Positions 27,390 to 39,738 of a stretch of DNA of 64,000 bases are shown in pieces. Below the pieces are notes generated by a model. That model was given only the letters and a program-made list of their open reading frames with translations. It searched no databases and had not been told where the DNA came from. The stretch's first letter is position 1, and every line of letters starts with the position of its first letter. The translations under genes and the position numbers were made by a program. Origin of the DNA: Nemertoderma westbladi (Eukaryota; Animalia; Xenacoelomorpha); assembly GCA_032718475.1 (NCBI GenBank), contig JAUCBJ010000866.1:1-64000 (forward strand). The letters are read 5' to 3'.

Positions 27390-28170
27390 ATTGTTTACTA
27401 TAATAATCCCTTTTTAAATTTTTAAGGAGTATGTAATTTAATTCAACTTAATCTAACTAAATTTTAAATTATCCACTTAATTTCTTTCGGCCTGTAAAAT
27501 GAAAAGATTTCCTCACTTAGTAACAACTTATCAGAAATATTTTAAACACTAATTAATTAAATTTAATTAGGTAATTTAAATACATATTGCGGCACAAGAG
27601 GAAATAAGACAAACATTAATCACGTTTCTCACAAGACTAAAAGTATATGTTGAATATATTATTAACAACCAACTAACAACTGCCTTAACCATAAAGTGAT
27701 GGGTTTGTTGTGCCATAAGGGCAGTGTATGCTAAGCAAAGTGCTGGGCAAAGATATTACTTTACTTACCACAGCCTGGCAACCATTCCAACCTGCCAATA
27801 AGGTATCCAATCAGAATGCAAGTTGTACTGCTGCATTGAGATTGTATGAGTTGTATTACTTGTATTGTTTCATACATGGTGGCGGGAAAATATAAAATCA
27901 CACCAGTATTATTTTATTCATTAAATAGGTTTTTTACTTTTATTAACAGTGTATTTTTATTATAATTAAAATTAAAATTATTATTAATATTAATAATATT
28001 AAAAATAATTAATACTTTATTATAATTTTTACTTTATTTTATTATTAAAATAAAGTACACTCACTCACTCACCTTACTACAATAATTTAATTTGTATACA
28101 TTTATGGGAACATATCTTACGATTGATTAATCTTATGTATTTCTCATATTTGTAATTTATATATTTCCAG

Positions 28171-28520
28171 TATATTGGGAATGCATCTGTTCGGCTGTAA
28201 GTTCTGCGATTCGAAGCGGCTACGAGGTGACGACTGGGGCTGCGACCGTAAGAACTTTGACACTCTGCTTTGGGCTATAGTCACCGTGTTCCAGATACTC
28301 ACGCAGGAGGACTGGAACACCGTACTGTACAACGGCATGAATAAAACAACGCCCTGGGCCGCTCTCTACTTCATTGCGTTGATGACTTTCGGTAACTACG
28401 TTCTGTTCAATCTGTTGGTAGCGATACTGGTGGAAGGGTTCTCGTCTGATGGAGATCGCAAGCAGGACGAAGAAGAGGACGATATGGATGAGTCAGATAA
28501 AAAGGCGGAATCAGCCGATG
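28171..28520 (+). CDS. Cav3: Cav3 exon: domain II turret, pore (E), S6 and start of II-III linker
   Basis: ttccag| [12 protein letters not shown]...[33 protein letters not shown]...[19 protein letters not shown]; gatg|gtaagt. Confidence 0.96.
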
Positions 28521-28938
28521 GTAAGTCTGGCTGTTGTTAGAAGAGAGTTTACATTTTTTATAAAATAATAAATATACATTTATTACTGATGTACAATATT
28601 ACGTTTGGTGATTTGTAGTGCCAGAGAGTAAATTATAATACATTCAATCGAAACCTGGAATTTATAATTTTGAACCAAATTTCCCAAGGTTATAGTATCA
28701 TATTCACAATAAATGAATCGCATGAATAATAAGCGTTTGTCTATATATTTCCTTGACTTTAACAAAATTTAATCACCTCGGATATCTCGGGGTCCAGTGA
28801 GATGTTTACCGTCTTCACCGCCCAATTAAATATGTTTCTGTCTACGACGTCTATTTAAGAGATTTTCGAGTTTTGTTTTTTTAATTTAAGTTTAACGTAT
28901 TTTTCGAATAATGACATATTTTAGCTTTTAATTTCCAG

Positions 28939-29114
28939 TAGACGTTGCCAATAACAACAACCGAGGACTGCGTGTCAGTGTACCAGACGCCGGTACAGAC
29001 GGTTCAGTACTCCCTACTATAGTACATACGGAGGCCACACCGCAAGGGTCGCCGCGTTCCACACTACATAGAGGCATTACGGTGACAAGGGAAGGAAGGC
29101 TCAGTGTAGCATCG
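28939..29114 (+). CDS. Cav3: Cav3 exon: II-III linker
   Basis: ttccag| phase 1; contains Cav3 linker motif LPTIVHTEATPQGSP; tcg|gttagt donor (phase 0). Confidence 0.85.
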
Positions 29115-32100
29115 GTTAGTTGGGATGGGTGAAGGAGACTCAGTGTAGCATCGGTTAGTTGGGAGGGGTGAAGGAGACTCAGTGTAGCATCGGTTAGTTG
29201 GAAGGGGTGAAGGAGACTCAGTGTAGCATCGGTTAGTTGGGATGGGTGAAGGAGACTCAGAGTAGCATCGGTTAGTTGGGAGGGGTGAAGGAGACTCAGT
29301 GTAGCATCGGTTAGTTGGGAGGGGTGAAGGGGACTCAGTGTAGCATCGGTTAGTTGGGAGGGGTGAAGGAGACTCAGTGTAGCATCGGTTAGTTGGGAGG
29401 GGTGAAGGGGACTCAGTGTAGCATCGGTTGTTGAGGGGGTGAAGGAGACTCAGTGTAGCATCGGTTAGTTGGGAGGGGTGAAGGAGACTCAGTGTAGCAT
29501 CGGTTAGTTGGGATGGGTGAAGGAGACTCAGAGTAGCATCGGTTAGTTGGGATGGGTGAAGGAGACTCAGTGTAGCATCGGTTAGTTGGGAGGGGTGAAG
29601 GAGACTCAGTGTAGCATCGGTTAGTTGGGATGGGTGAAGGGGACTCAGTGTAGCATCGGTTAGTTGGGATGGGTGAAGGAGACTCAGTGTAGCATCGGTT
29701 AGTTGGGAGGGGTGAAGGAGACTCAGTGTAGCATCGGTTAGTTGGGAGGGGTGAAGGAGACTCAGTGTAGCATCGGTTAGTTGGGAGGGGTGAAGGAGAC
29801 TCAGTGTAGCATCGGTTAGTTGGAAGGGGTGAAGGAGGCTCAGTGTAGCATCGGTTAGTTGGAAGGGGTGAAGGAGGCTCAGTGTAGCATCGGTTAGTTG
29901 GGAGGGGTGAAGGAGACTCAGTGTAGCATCGGTTAGTTGGGAGGGGTGAAGGGGACTCAGTGTAGCATCGGTTAGTTGGGAGGGGTGAAGGGGACTCAGT
30001 GTAGCATCGGTTAGTTGAGGGGGTGAAGGAGACTCAGTGTAGCATCGGTTAGTTGGGAGGGGTGAAGGAGACTCAGTGTAGCATCGGTTAGTTGGGAGGG
30101 GTGAAGGAGACTCAGAGTAGCATCGGTTAGTTGGGATGGGTGAAGGAGACTCAGTGTAGCATCGGTTAGTTGGGAGGGGTGAAGGAGACTCAGTGTAGCA
30201 TCGGTTAGTTGGGATGGGTGAAGGGGACTCAGTGTAGCATCGGTTAGTTGGGAGGGGTGAAGGAGACTCAGTGTAGCATCGGTTAGTTGGGAGGGGTGAA
30301 GGAGACTCAGTGTAGCATCGGTTAGTTGGGATGGGTGAAGGAGACTCAGTGTAGCATCGGTTAGTTGGGAGGGGTGAAGGAGACTCAGAGTAGCATCGGT
30401 TAGTTGGGAGGGGTGAAGGAGACTCAGTGTAGCATCGGTTAGTTGGGAGGGGTGAAGGGGACTCAGTGTAGCATCGGTTAGTTGGGAGGGGTGAAGGGGA
30501 CTCAGTGTAGCATCGGTTGTTGAGGGGGTGAAGGAGACTCAGTGTAGCATCGGTTAGTTGGGAGGGGTGAAGGAGACTCAGTGTAGCATCGGTTAGTTGG
30601 GAGGGGTGAAGGAGACTCAGTGTAGCATCGGTTAGTTGGGATGGGTGAAGGAGACTCAGTGTAGCATCGGTTAGTTGGGAGGGGTGAAGGAGACTCAGTG
30701 TAGCATCGGTTAGTTGGGATGGGTGAAGGGGACTCAGTGTAGCATCGGTTAGTTGGGATGGGTGAAGGAGACTCAGTGTAGCATCGGTTAGTTGGGAGGG
30801 GTGAAGGAGACTCAGTGTAGCATCGGTTAGTTGGGATGGGTGAAGGAGACTCAGTGTAGCATCGGTTAGTTGGGATGGGTGAAGGAGACTCAGTGTAGCA
30901 TCGGTTAGTTGGGAGGGGTGAAGGAGACTCAGTGTAGCATCGGTTAGTTGGGAGGGGTGAAGGAGACTCAGTGTAGCATCGGTTAGTTGGAAGGGGTGAA
31001 GGAGACTCAGTGTAGCATCGGTTAGTTGGGAGGGGTGAAGGAGACTCAGTGTAGCATCGGTTAGTTGGGAGGGGTGAAGGAGACTCAGTGTAGCATCGGT
31101 TAGTTGGGATGGGTGAAGGAGACTCAGTGTAGCATCGGTTAGTTGGGAGGGGTGAAGGAGACTCAGTGTAGCATCGGTTAGTTGGGAGGGGTGAAGGGGA
31201 CTCAGTGTAGCATCGGTTAGTTGGGAGGGGTGAAGGGGACTCAGTGTAACATCGGTTAGTTGGAAGGGGTGAAGGAGACTCAGTGTAGCATCGGTTAGTT
31301 GGGAGGGGTGAAGGGGACTCAGTGTAGCATCGGTTAGTTGGGAGGGGTGAAGGAGACTCAGTGTAGCATCGGTTAGTTGGGAGGGGTGAAGGAGACTCAG
31401 TGTAGCATCGGTTAGTTGGGAGGGGTGAAGGAGACTCAGTGTAGCATCGGTTAGTTGGGAGGGGTGAAGGGGACTCAGTGTAGCATCGGTTAGTTGGGAG
31501 GGGTGAAGGGGACTCAGTGTAGCATCGGTTAGTTGGAAGGGGTGAAGGAGACTCAGTGTAGCATCGGTTAGTTGGGAGGGGTGAAGGGGACTCAGTGTAG
31601 CATCGGTTAGTTGGAAGGGGTGAAGGGGACTCAGTGTAGCATCGGTTAGTTGGAAGGGGTGAAGGAGACTCAGTGTAGCATCGGTTAGTTGAGGGGGTGA
31701 AGGGGACTCAGTGTAGCATCGGTTAGTTGGGATGGGTGAAGGGGACTCAGTGTAGCATCGGTTAGTTGAGGGGGTGAAGGGGACTCAGTGTAGCATCGGT
31801 TAGTTGGGAGGGGTGAAGGGGACTCAGTGTAGCATCGGTTAGTTGGGAGGGGTGAAGGGGACTCAGTGTAGCATCGGTTAGTTGGGATGGGTGAAGGAGA
31901 CTCAGTGTAGCATCGGTTAGTTGGGAGGGGTGAAGGGGACTCAGTGTAGCATCGGTTAGTTGGGATGGGTGAAGGAGACTCAGTGTAGCATCGGTTAGTT
32001 GGGATGGGTGAAGGATACTCAGTGTAGCATCGGTTAGTTGGGAGGGGTGTAGGAGACTCAGTGTAGAATCGGTTAGTTGGAGAGGAGTGAAGGTGACTCA

Positions 32101-35100
32101 GTGTAGCATCGGTTAGTTGGAAGGGGTGAAGGTTACTCAGTGTAGCATCGGTTAGTTGGGAGGGGTGGACTCAGTGTAGCATCGGTTAGTTGGGAGGGGT
32201 GAAGGAGACTCAGTGTAGCATCGGTTAGTTGGGAGGGGTGAAGGAGACTCAGTGTAGCATCGGTTAGTTGGGATGGGTGAAGGAGACTCAGTGTAGCATC
32301 GGTTAGTTGGGAGGGGTGAAGGAGACTCAGTGTAGCATCGGTTAGTTGGAAGGGGTGAAGGAGACTCAGTGTAGCATCGGTTAGTTGGGAGGGGTGAAGG
32401 AGACTCAGTGTAGCATCGGTTAGTTGGGAGGGGTGAAGGAGACTCAGTGTAGCATCGGTTAGTTGGGAGGGGTGAAGGAGACTCAGTGTAGCATCGGTTA
32501 GTTGGGAGGGGTGAAGGAGACTCAGTGTAGCATCGGTTAGTTGGGAGGGGTGAAGGAGACTCAGTGTAGCATCGGTTAGTTGGGAGGGGTGAAGGAGACT
32601 CAGTGTAGCATCGGTTAGTTGGAGGGGTGAAGGAGACTCAGTGTAGCATCGGTTAGTTGGAAGGGGTGAAGGAGACTCAGTGTAGCATCGGTTAGTTGGG
32701 AGGGGTGAAGGAGACTCAGTGTAGCATCGGTTAGTTGGAAGGGGTGAAGGAGACTCAGTGTAGCATCGGTTAGTTGGAAGGGGTGAAGGAGACTCAGTGT
32801 AGCATCGGTTAGTTGGAAGGGGTGAAGGAGACTCAGTGTAGCATCGGTTAGTTGGGAGGGGTGAAGGAGACTCAGTGTAGCATCGGTTAGTTGGGAGGGG
32901 TGAAGGGGACTCAGTGTAGCATCGGTTAGTTGGAGGGGTGAAGGAGACTCAGTGTAGCATCGGTTAGTTGAGGGGGTGAAGGGGACTCAGTGTAGCATCG
33001 GTTAGTTGGGAGGGGTGAAGGAGACTCAGTGTAGCATCGGTTAGTTGGAAGGGGTGAAGGAGACTCAGTGTAGCATCGGTTAGTTGGGAGGGGTGAAGGA
33101 GACTCAGTGTAGCATCGGTTAGTTGGGAGGGGTGAAGGAGACTCAGTGTAGCATCGGTTAGTTGGGAGGGGTGAAGGAGACTCAGTGTAGCATCGGTTAG
33201 TTGGAGGGGTGAAGGAGGCTCAGTGTAGCATCGGTTAGTTGGAAGGGGTGAAGGAGGCTCAGTGTAGCATCGGTTAGTTGGGAGGGGTGAAGGAGACTCA
33301 GTGTAGCATCGGTTAGTTGGGAGGGGTGAAGGGGACTCAGTGTAGCATCGGTTAGTTGGGATGGGTGAAGGAGACTCAGTGTAGCATCGGTTAGTTGAGG
33401 GGGTGAAGGTTACTCAGTGTAGCATCGGTTAGTTGAGAGGTGAAGGAGACTCAGTGTAGAATCGGTTAGTTGAGAGGTGAAGGAGACTCAGTGTAGCATC
33501 GGTTAGTTGAGGGGGTGAAGGTTACTCAGTGTAGCATCGGTTAGTTGAGAGGTGAAGGAGACTCAGTGTAGAATCGGTTAGTTGAGAGGTGAAGGAGGCT
33601 CAGTGTAGCATCGGTTAGTTGGGAGGGGTGAAGGAGACTCAGTGTAGCATCGGTTAGTTGGGAGGGGTGAAGGGGACTCAGTGTAGCATCGGTTAGTTGG
33701 GATGGGTGAAGGAGACTCAGTGTAGCATCGGTTAGTTGAGGGGGTGAAGGTTACTCAGTGTAGCATCGGTTAGTTGAGGGGGTGAAGATTACTCAGTGTA
33801 GCATCGGTTAGTTGAGGGGGTGAAGGGGACTCAGTGTAGCGTCGGTTAGTTGGAAGGGGTGAAGGGGACTCAGTGTAGCATCGGTTAGTTGATGGGGTGA
33901 AGGGGACTCAGTGTAGCATCGGTTAGTTGAGGGGGTGAAGGTTACTCAGTGTAGCATCGGTTAGTTGAGGGGGTGAAGGGGACTCAGTGTAGCGTCGGTT
34001 AGTTGAAGGGGTGAAGGGGACTCTGCAGCATCGGTTAGTTAAGGGGCTGAAGGGGACTCAGTGTAGCATCGGTTAGTTGATGGGGTGAAGGGGACTCAGT
34101 GTAGCATCGGTTAGTTGAGGGGGTGAAGGTTACTCAGTGTAGCGTCGGTTAGTTGGGATGGGTGAAGGAGACTCAGTGTAGCATCGGTTAGTTGAGGGGG
34201 TGAAGGAGACTCAGTGTAGCATCGGTTAGTTGGGATGGGTGAAGGAGACTCAGTGTAGCATCGGTTAGTTGGAAGGGGTGAAGGTTACTCAGTGTAGCAT
34301 CGGTTAGTTGGGATGGGTGAAGGAGACTCAGTGTAGCATCGGTTAGTTGAGGGGGTGAAGGTTACTCAGTGTAGCATCGGTTAGTTGAGGGGGTGAAGGG
34401 GACTCAGTGTAGAATCGGTTAGTTGAGGGGGTGAAGGTTACTCAGTGTAGCATCGGTTAGTTGGGATGGGTGAAGGAGACTCAGTGTAGCATCGGTTAGT
34501 TGAGGGGGTGAAGGTTACTCAGTGTAGCATCGGTTAGTTGAGGGGGTGAAGGAGACTCGGTGTAGAATCGGTTAGTTGAGGGGGTGAAGATTACTCAGTG
34601 TAGCATCGGTTGTTGAGGGGGTTAAGGTTACTCAGTGTAGCATCGGTTAGTTGAGGGGGTGAAGGGGACTCAGTGTAGAATCGGTTAGTTGAGGGGGTGA
34701 AGATTACTCAGTGTAGCATCGGTTGTTGAGGGGGTGAAGGTTACTCAGTGTAGCATCGGTTAGTTGGGAGGGGTGTAGGAGACTCAGTGTAGCATCGGTT
34801 AGTTGGGAGGGGTGAAGGAGACTCAGTGTAGCATCGGTTAGTTGGGAGGGGTGAAGGAGACTCAGTGTAGCATCGGTTAGTTGGAAGGGGTGAAGGAGGC
34901 TCAGTGTAGCATCGGTTAGTTGGAAGGGGTGAAGGAGGCTCAGTGTAGCATCGGTTAGTTGGGAGGGGTGAAGGAGACTCAGTGTAGCATCGGTTAGTTG
35001 GGAGGGGTGAAGGGGACTCAGTGTAGCATCGGTTAGTTGGGATGGGTGAAGGAGACTCAGTGTATCATCGGTTAGTTGAGGGGGTGAAGGGGACTCAGTG

Positions 35101-37399
35101 TAGCATCGGTTAGTTGGGAGGGGTGAAGGAGCCTCAGTGTAGCATCGGTTAGTTGGAAGGGGTGAAGGAGACTCAGTGTAGCATTGGTTAGTTGGGAGGG
35201 GTGTAGGAGACTCAGTGTAGCATCGGTTAGTTGGGAGGGGTGAAGGAGACTCAGTGTAGCATCGGTTAGTTGGGAGGGGTGAAGGAGACTCAGTGTAGCA
35301 TCGGTTAGTTGGAAGGGGTGAAGGAGGCTCAGTGTAGCATCGGTTAGTTGGAAGGGGTGAAGGAGGCTCAGTGTAGCATCGGTTAGTTGGGAGGGGTGAA
35401 GGAGACTCAGTGTAGCATCGGTTAGTTGGGAGGGGTGAAGGGGACTCAGTGTAGCATCGGTTAGTTGGGATGGGTGAAGGAGACTCAGTGTAGCATCGGT
35501 TAGTTGAGGGGGTGAAGGTTACTCAGTGTAGCATCGGTTAGTTGAGAGGTGAAGGAGACTCAGTGTAGAATCGGTTAGTTGAGAGGTGAAGGAGACTCAG
35601 TGTAGCATCGGTTAGTTGAGGGGGTGAAGGTTACTCAGTGTAGCATCGGTTAGTTGAGAGGTGAAGGAGACTCAGTGTAGAATCGGTTAGTTGAGAGGTG
35701 AAGGAGGCTCAGTGTAGCATCGGTTAGTTGGGAGGGGTGAAGGAGACTCAGTGTAGCATCGGTTAGTTGGGAGGGGTGAAGGGGACTCAGTGTAGCATCG
35801 GTTAGTTGGGATGGGTGAAGGAGACTCAGTGTAGCATCGGTTAGTTGAGGGGGTGAAGGTTACTCAGTGTAGCATCGGTTAGTTGAGGGGGTGAAGATTA
35901 CTCAGTGTAGCATCGGTTAGTTGAGGGGGTGAAGGGGACTCAGTGTAGCGTCGGTTAGTTGAAGGGGTGAAGGGGACTCTGCAGCATCGGTTAGTTAAGG
36001 GGCTGAAGGGGACTCAGTGTAGCATCGGTTAGTTGATGGGGTGAAGGGGACTCAGTGTAGCATCGGTTAGTTGAGGGGGTGAAGGTTACTCAGTGTAGCA
36101 TCGGTTAGTTGAGGGGGTGAAGGGGACTCAGTGTAGCGTCGGTTAGTTGAAGGGGTGAAGGGGACTCTGCAGCATCGGTTAGTTAAGGGGCTGAAGGGGA
36201 CTCAGTGTAGCATCGGTTAGTTGATGGGGTGAAGGGGACTCAGTGTAGCATCGGTTAGTTGAGGGGGTGAAGGTTACTCAGTGTAGCATCGGTTAGTTGA
36301 GGGGGTGAAGGTTACTCAGTGTAGCGTCGGTTAGTTGGGATGGGTGAAGGAGACTCAGTGTAGCATCGGTTAGTTGAGGGGGTGAAGGAGACTCAGTGTA
36401 GCATCGGTTAGTTGGGATGGGTGAAGGAGACTCAGTGTAGCATCGGTTAGTTGGAAGGGGTGAAGGTTACTCAGTGTAGCATCGGTTAGTTGGGATGGGT
36501 AAAGGAGACTCAGTGTAGCATCGGTTAGTTGAGGGGGTGAAGGTTACTCAGTGTAGCATCGGTTAGTTGAGGGGGTGAAGGGGACTCAGTGTAGAATCGG
36601 TTAGTTGAGGGGGTGAAGGTTACTCAGTGTAGCATCGGTTAGTTGGGATGGGTGAAGGAGACTCAGTGTAGCATCGGTTAGTTGAGGGGGTGAAGGTTAC
36701 TCAGTGTAGCATCGGTTAGTTGAGGGGGTGAAGGAGACTCAGTGTAGAATCGGTTAGTTGAGGGGGTGAAGATTACTCAGTGTAGCATCGGTTGTTGAGG
36801 GGGTTAAGGTTACTCAGTGTAGCATCGGTTAGTTGAGGGGGTGAAGGGGACTCAGTGTAGAATCGGTTAGTTGAGGGGGTGAAGATTACTCAGTGTAGCA
36901 TCGGTTGTTGAGGGGGTGAAGGTTACTCAGTGTAGCATCGGTTAGTTGGGATGGGTGATGTTTTTTTCATCATATTTTGCTTGGTAGACCAAACCCCAAT
37001 CTACCTCCAGTTCTGGTTGACGATTCAGACATAAGTTCTCGTCGTCGTTGGCGCGCTACTCAGGCCTTGACTAATCAGTTCTGGTCCCGTTGGATGAGAG
37101 AGTATGTCCCGTCTCTGATTGAGAATAGGAAGTGGTTAAAGTCCCGCCGTAGCTTGTGTAAGAATGACATTGTGCTTGTCATTTTCTCTGACACACCGCG
37201 CGGTCATTGGCCCTTGGGTCGTGTTCTAGAGACCTTTCCCGGACGTGATGGAATCGTCCGGACCGTGCGTGTGCTCGTGCGTGGTAAAGAATATACCCGT
37301 CCAGCTGTGAAAGTGTGCCTGTTGGAAGAGGCAGGCGAGGTGGGCCACTTTGAAACTGAAAGTAAATGTAACTCTACTGTCGAGAGTTAGGGCCGGCGA

Positions 37400-37859
37400 T
37401 GTTACAAACTGCCCTTAAATCCTGCTGGTTATCGCTTGGTAGTTTAGCCCATCGTTACACTAGCTTAGGTATATTAGTGCAATACATACCGTTTATGTTA
37501 CACTGCTTCCCTGTAGGAAGGTTGCCCCATGGCCCTGCTTTCTGTATCTGCCAATAGGATTTGAGTTGGTTTTGATTTTGACCTATCACAGATCTACTGA
37601 ACTGATTTTCCTATCTGTATGCTCATTCTCTGTGATAGATGAAATCATTCATAAAATAAGGGTAGCTGGTATTCTTGTATTGTTATTCTTAGTAGAACCG
37701 ATCTGGAGATACCCTATGTACTGATGTAAAACTTATTTCAATATACGTAACTTAACAATAATTATATCTCCGTCTTTTCAAGATTAAATAGGCCTAATGA
37801 AATAACGATCCCGACAAAACTCGAAACCACAACGCCAATTCCAAATTCTGTGGTTTACA
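37400..37859 (+). repeat. 5' LTR (460 bp)
   Basis: TGTTACAA...GGTTTACA, direct repeat of 44853-45319. Confidence 0.93.
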
Positions 37860-37862
37860 TTC

Positions 37863-37880
37863 TGGTTCCGATGCCGGGAA
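37863..37880 (+). promoter_or_regulatory. Primer binding site (probably tRNA-Glu)
   Basis: TGGTTCCGATGCCGGGAA just after the LTR; reverse complement ends ...TTCCCGGCATCGGAACCA, resembling a tRNA-Glu 3' end; tRNA identity is from recall. Confidence 0.65.
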
Positions 37881-37963
37881 ACCTGGTCTAAAGGTTTCCA
37901 CGTCACAGATTATCCTTACCCTCGGAGTATCCACAATCCATCGCTGGACAGTTCAACTATCCG

Positions 37964-39738
37964 TTGCCTTCTCTCGATATGTCGGACGCGGAGTCTGACA
38001 TCGTTAGTGGAGCCACGTCGGGTGGTCTCCCCGCCAAAGGGAATGGTTCGCTTCATGGTAGTCTGAGCTCTCCTCGACTCGGCGATGGAACTCCGACATC
38101 CGATGGTGAGGATAAATCTCGACTTGAACCCTTGGAATCCCGACCCGGTTCGAGTGATACCGGTACGCGTTTCGAGGGTTTCGATACCGCGGACCTAGAG
38201 GAGGACTCTGATATTGCGTTCTATCCTGCGGATGATTTAGAGGCTAGCCCTGCAGTTACCGACAGCCAGCGACCCATCCGGTTGAAAGACGCGAAGATTA
38301 CTCGAGCCAATACCAAGCGGAGGCTCACTTGTTTGGCTGCCAAGCTTCATTCTCTCGTCGATTCCCGTGGCAGTCGCACCTTAATCCAGGGCTTCCTAGG
38401 GGAACTCAACGAGGACTTTGACGACTGTGTTCGATCTCACAGTAAGTGTCTTCAGTATCTGGATCCCGGAACCGATTCTAAGTCTAAAGCCATAGAGGAG
38501 GAATGGTTGGCTGCCGTCCGCGAGGGTTATCGGCGCTGTCGGAGTGAAGCTGAAAGTTACCTCGCCTCCCGGAGAGGCGAACCTTCTTCAGCTGGTGGAA
38601 GTAAATCCAAGCTGCCAAGGTACCCTCCTCGCGATCCCCGGGAGGTGGTATTAACTCCTCGAAGCGGCAACTGGAAGAGAAAAGATTAAAACTCCAGCAG
38701 TTCGAAAGGGATCGGGAGCTTCGCGAGAAGGAGCTAGCGCTCAACAATAGGAAGCAGCTCCGTCGCCTCCAGAACGAGGTGGAGCTGCTCGAGTTGTCTG
38801 TTCGCACCGAGGAAATAGAAAACAGGGAGGCCGGAGTTGCGAACCTCAGGGAACGGGTTCTCGCTGATTTCCTTGAGGATGAGGACTCCAACCGGGCCGG
38901 CGGGGTCCAACCGGTTCCCAATTATCCTCTCGCATCCAGGAGATCGAATCCTTTCCCAGGTCTTCCGTTATCCGATCCAGTGACACAGCTCACGGTTGAG
39001 TCACCCCGTTACCCGCCTAGTAACGTACCGGTAATTCATGTTTCAGTCAGTTCTGGTACGAGTTCTAATGAAATTACTAGTAATAATATATTACAGAGTT
39101 CGTGTCAATCGTGTCCTATTATTGATACAGTGTTTAAACCGTCTCAATGTAATTCTAGCTTAGCTACTAATACTGTAAGTGATTGTAATATGAATAGAAA
39201 ATCTGGTGTTATATTTAGTATCTCCAGCGGTTCATTTGTGCAGTCATTACCGGTACCGATTATTAGTAGTGAAGAATCTGTCCCGCTTCGTGTACTCAAT
39301 AAGGATACCACCGGTAATAATTTTATAAATATTTCAGTGCCAAACTTTGTAGCTGTAGAACACCCAACCACGGCAACTCTGCCCCGCTTTAACCAGCGAA
39401 CTATTTTTCCATTTGATAGTAATTCAATAAATAATTATAAACCTTTAAGTAACTGTAATAGCACTTGGGCTTTATCTAGCCCTGAGTTTGTACCCCGTGG
39501 ATTTGCCTCGCCTGATTCTAATTTGGTTAGCGGATTGAAGGGAGTGTGTGCCCCTGTGAGTTATATGTATGGTGGTTCTACCAAAGATAGTGTACATTGT
39601 GTGCCATGTACTGCGACTGGTTTGCGTCCTGAGTATGCGTCTGACCCTGTGTGTATCGCCCGAGCGGCCAACCCTTTGGGCGTCCTGAGAGGTGTCCGGG
39701 TCGGCCCATTGTTAACGGGCCGGCTAGTGAGCCAGTAG
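37964..39738 (+). pseudogene. BEL/Pao gag N-terminal region, frameshifted
   Basis: two ORFs (37964-38689, about 38650-39738) in different frames, coiled-coil-like, followed by a further shift into the polyprotein frame. Confidence 0.7.

Noticed and set aside
29114-29119. GGTTAG in the 39-bp unit as a telomeric repeat
   Set aside because: Only one hexamer per unit, and it is explained by the splice donor
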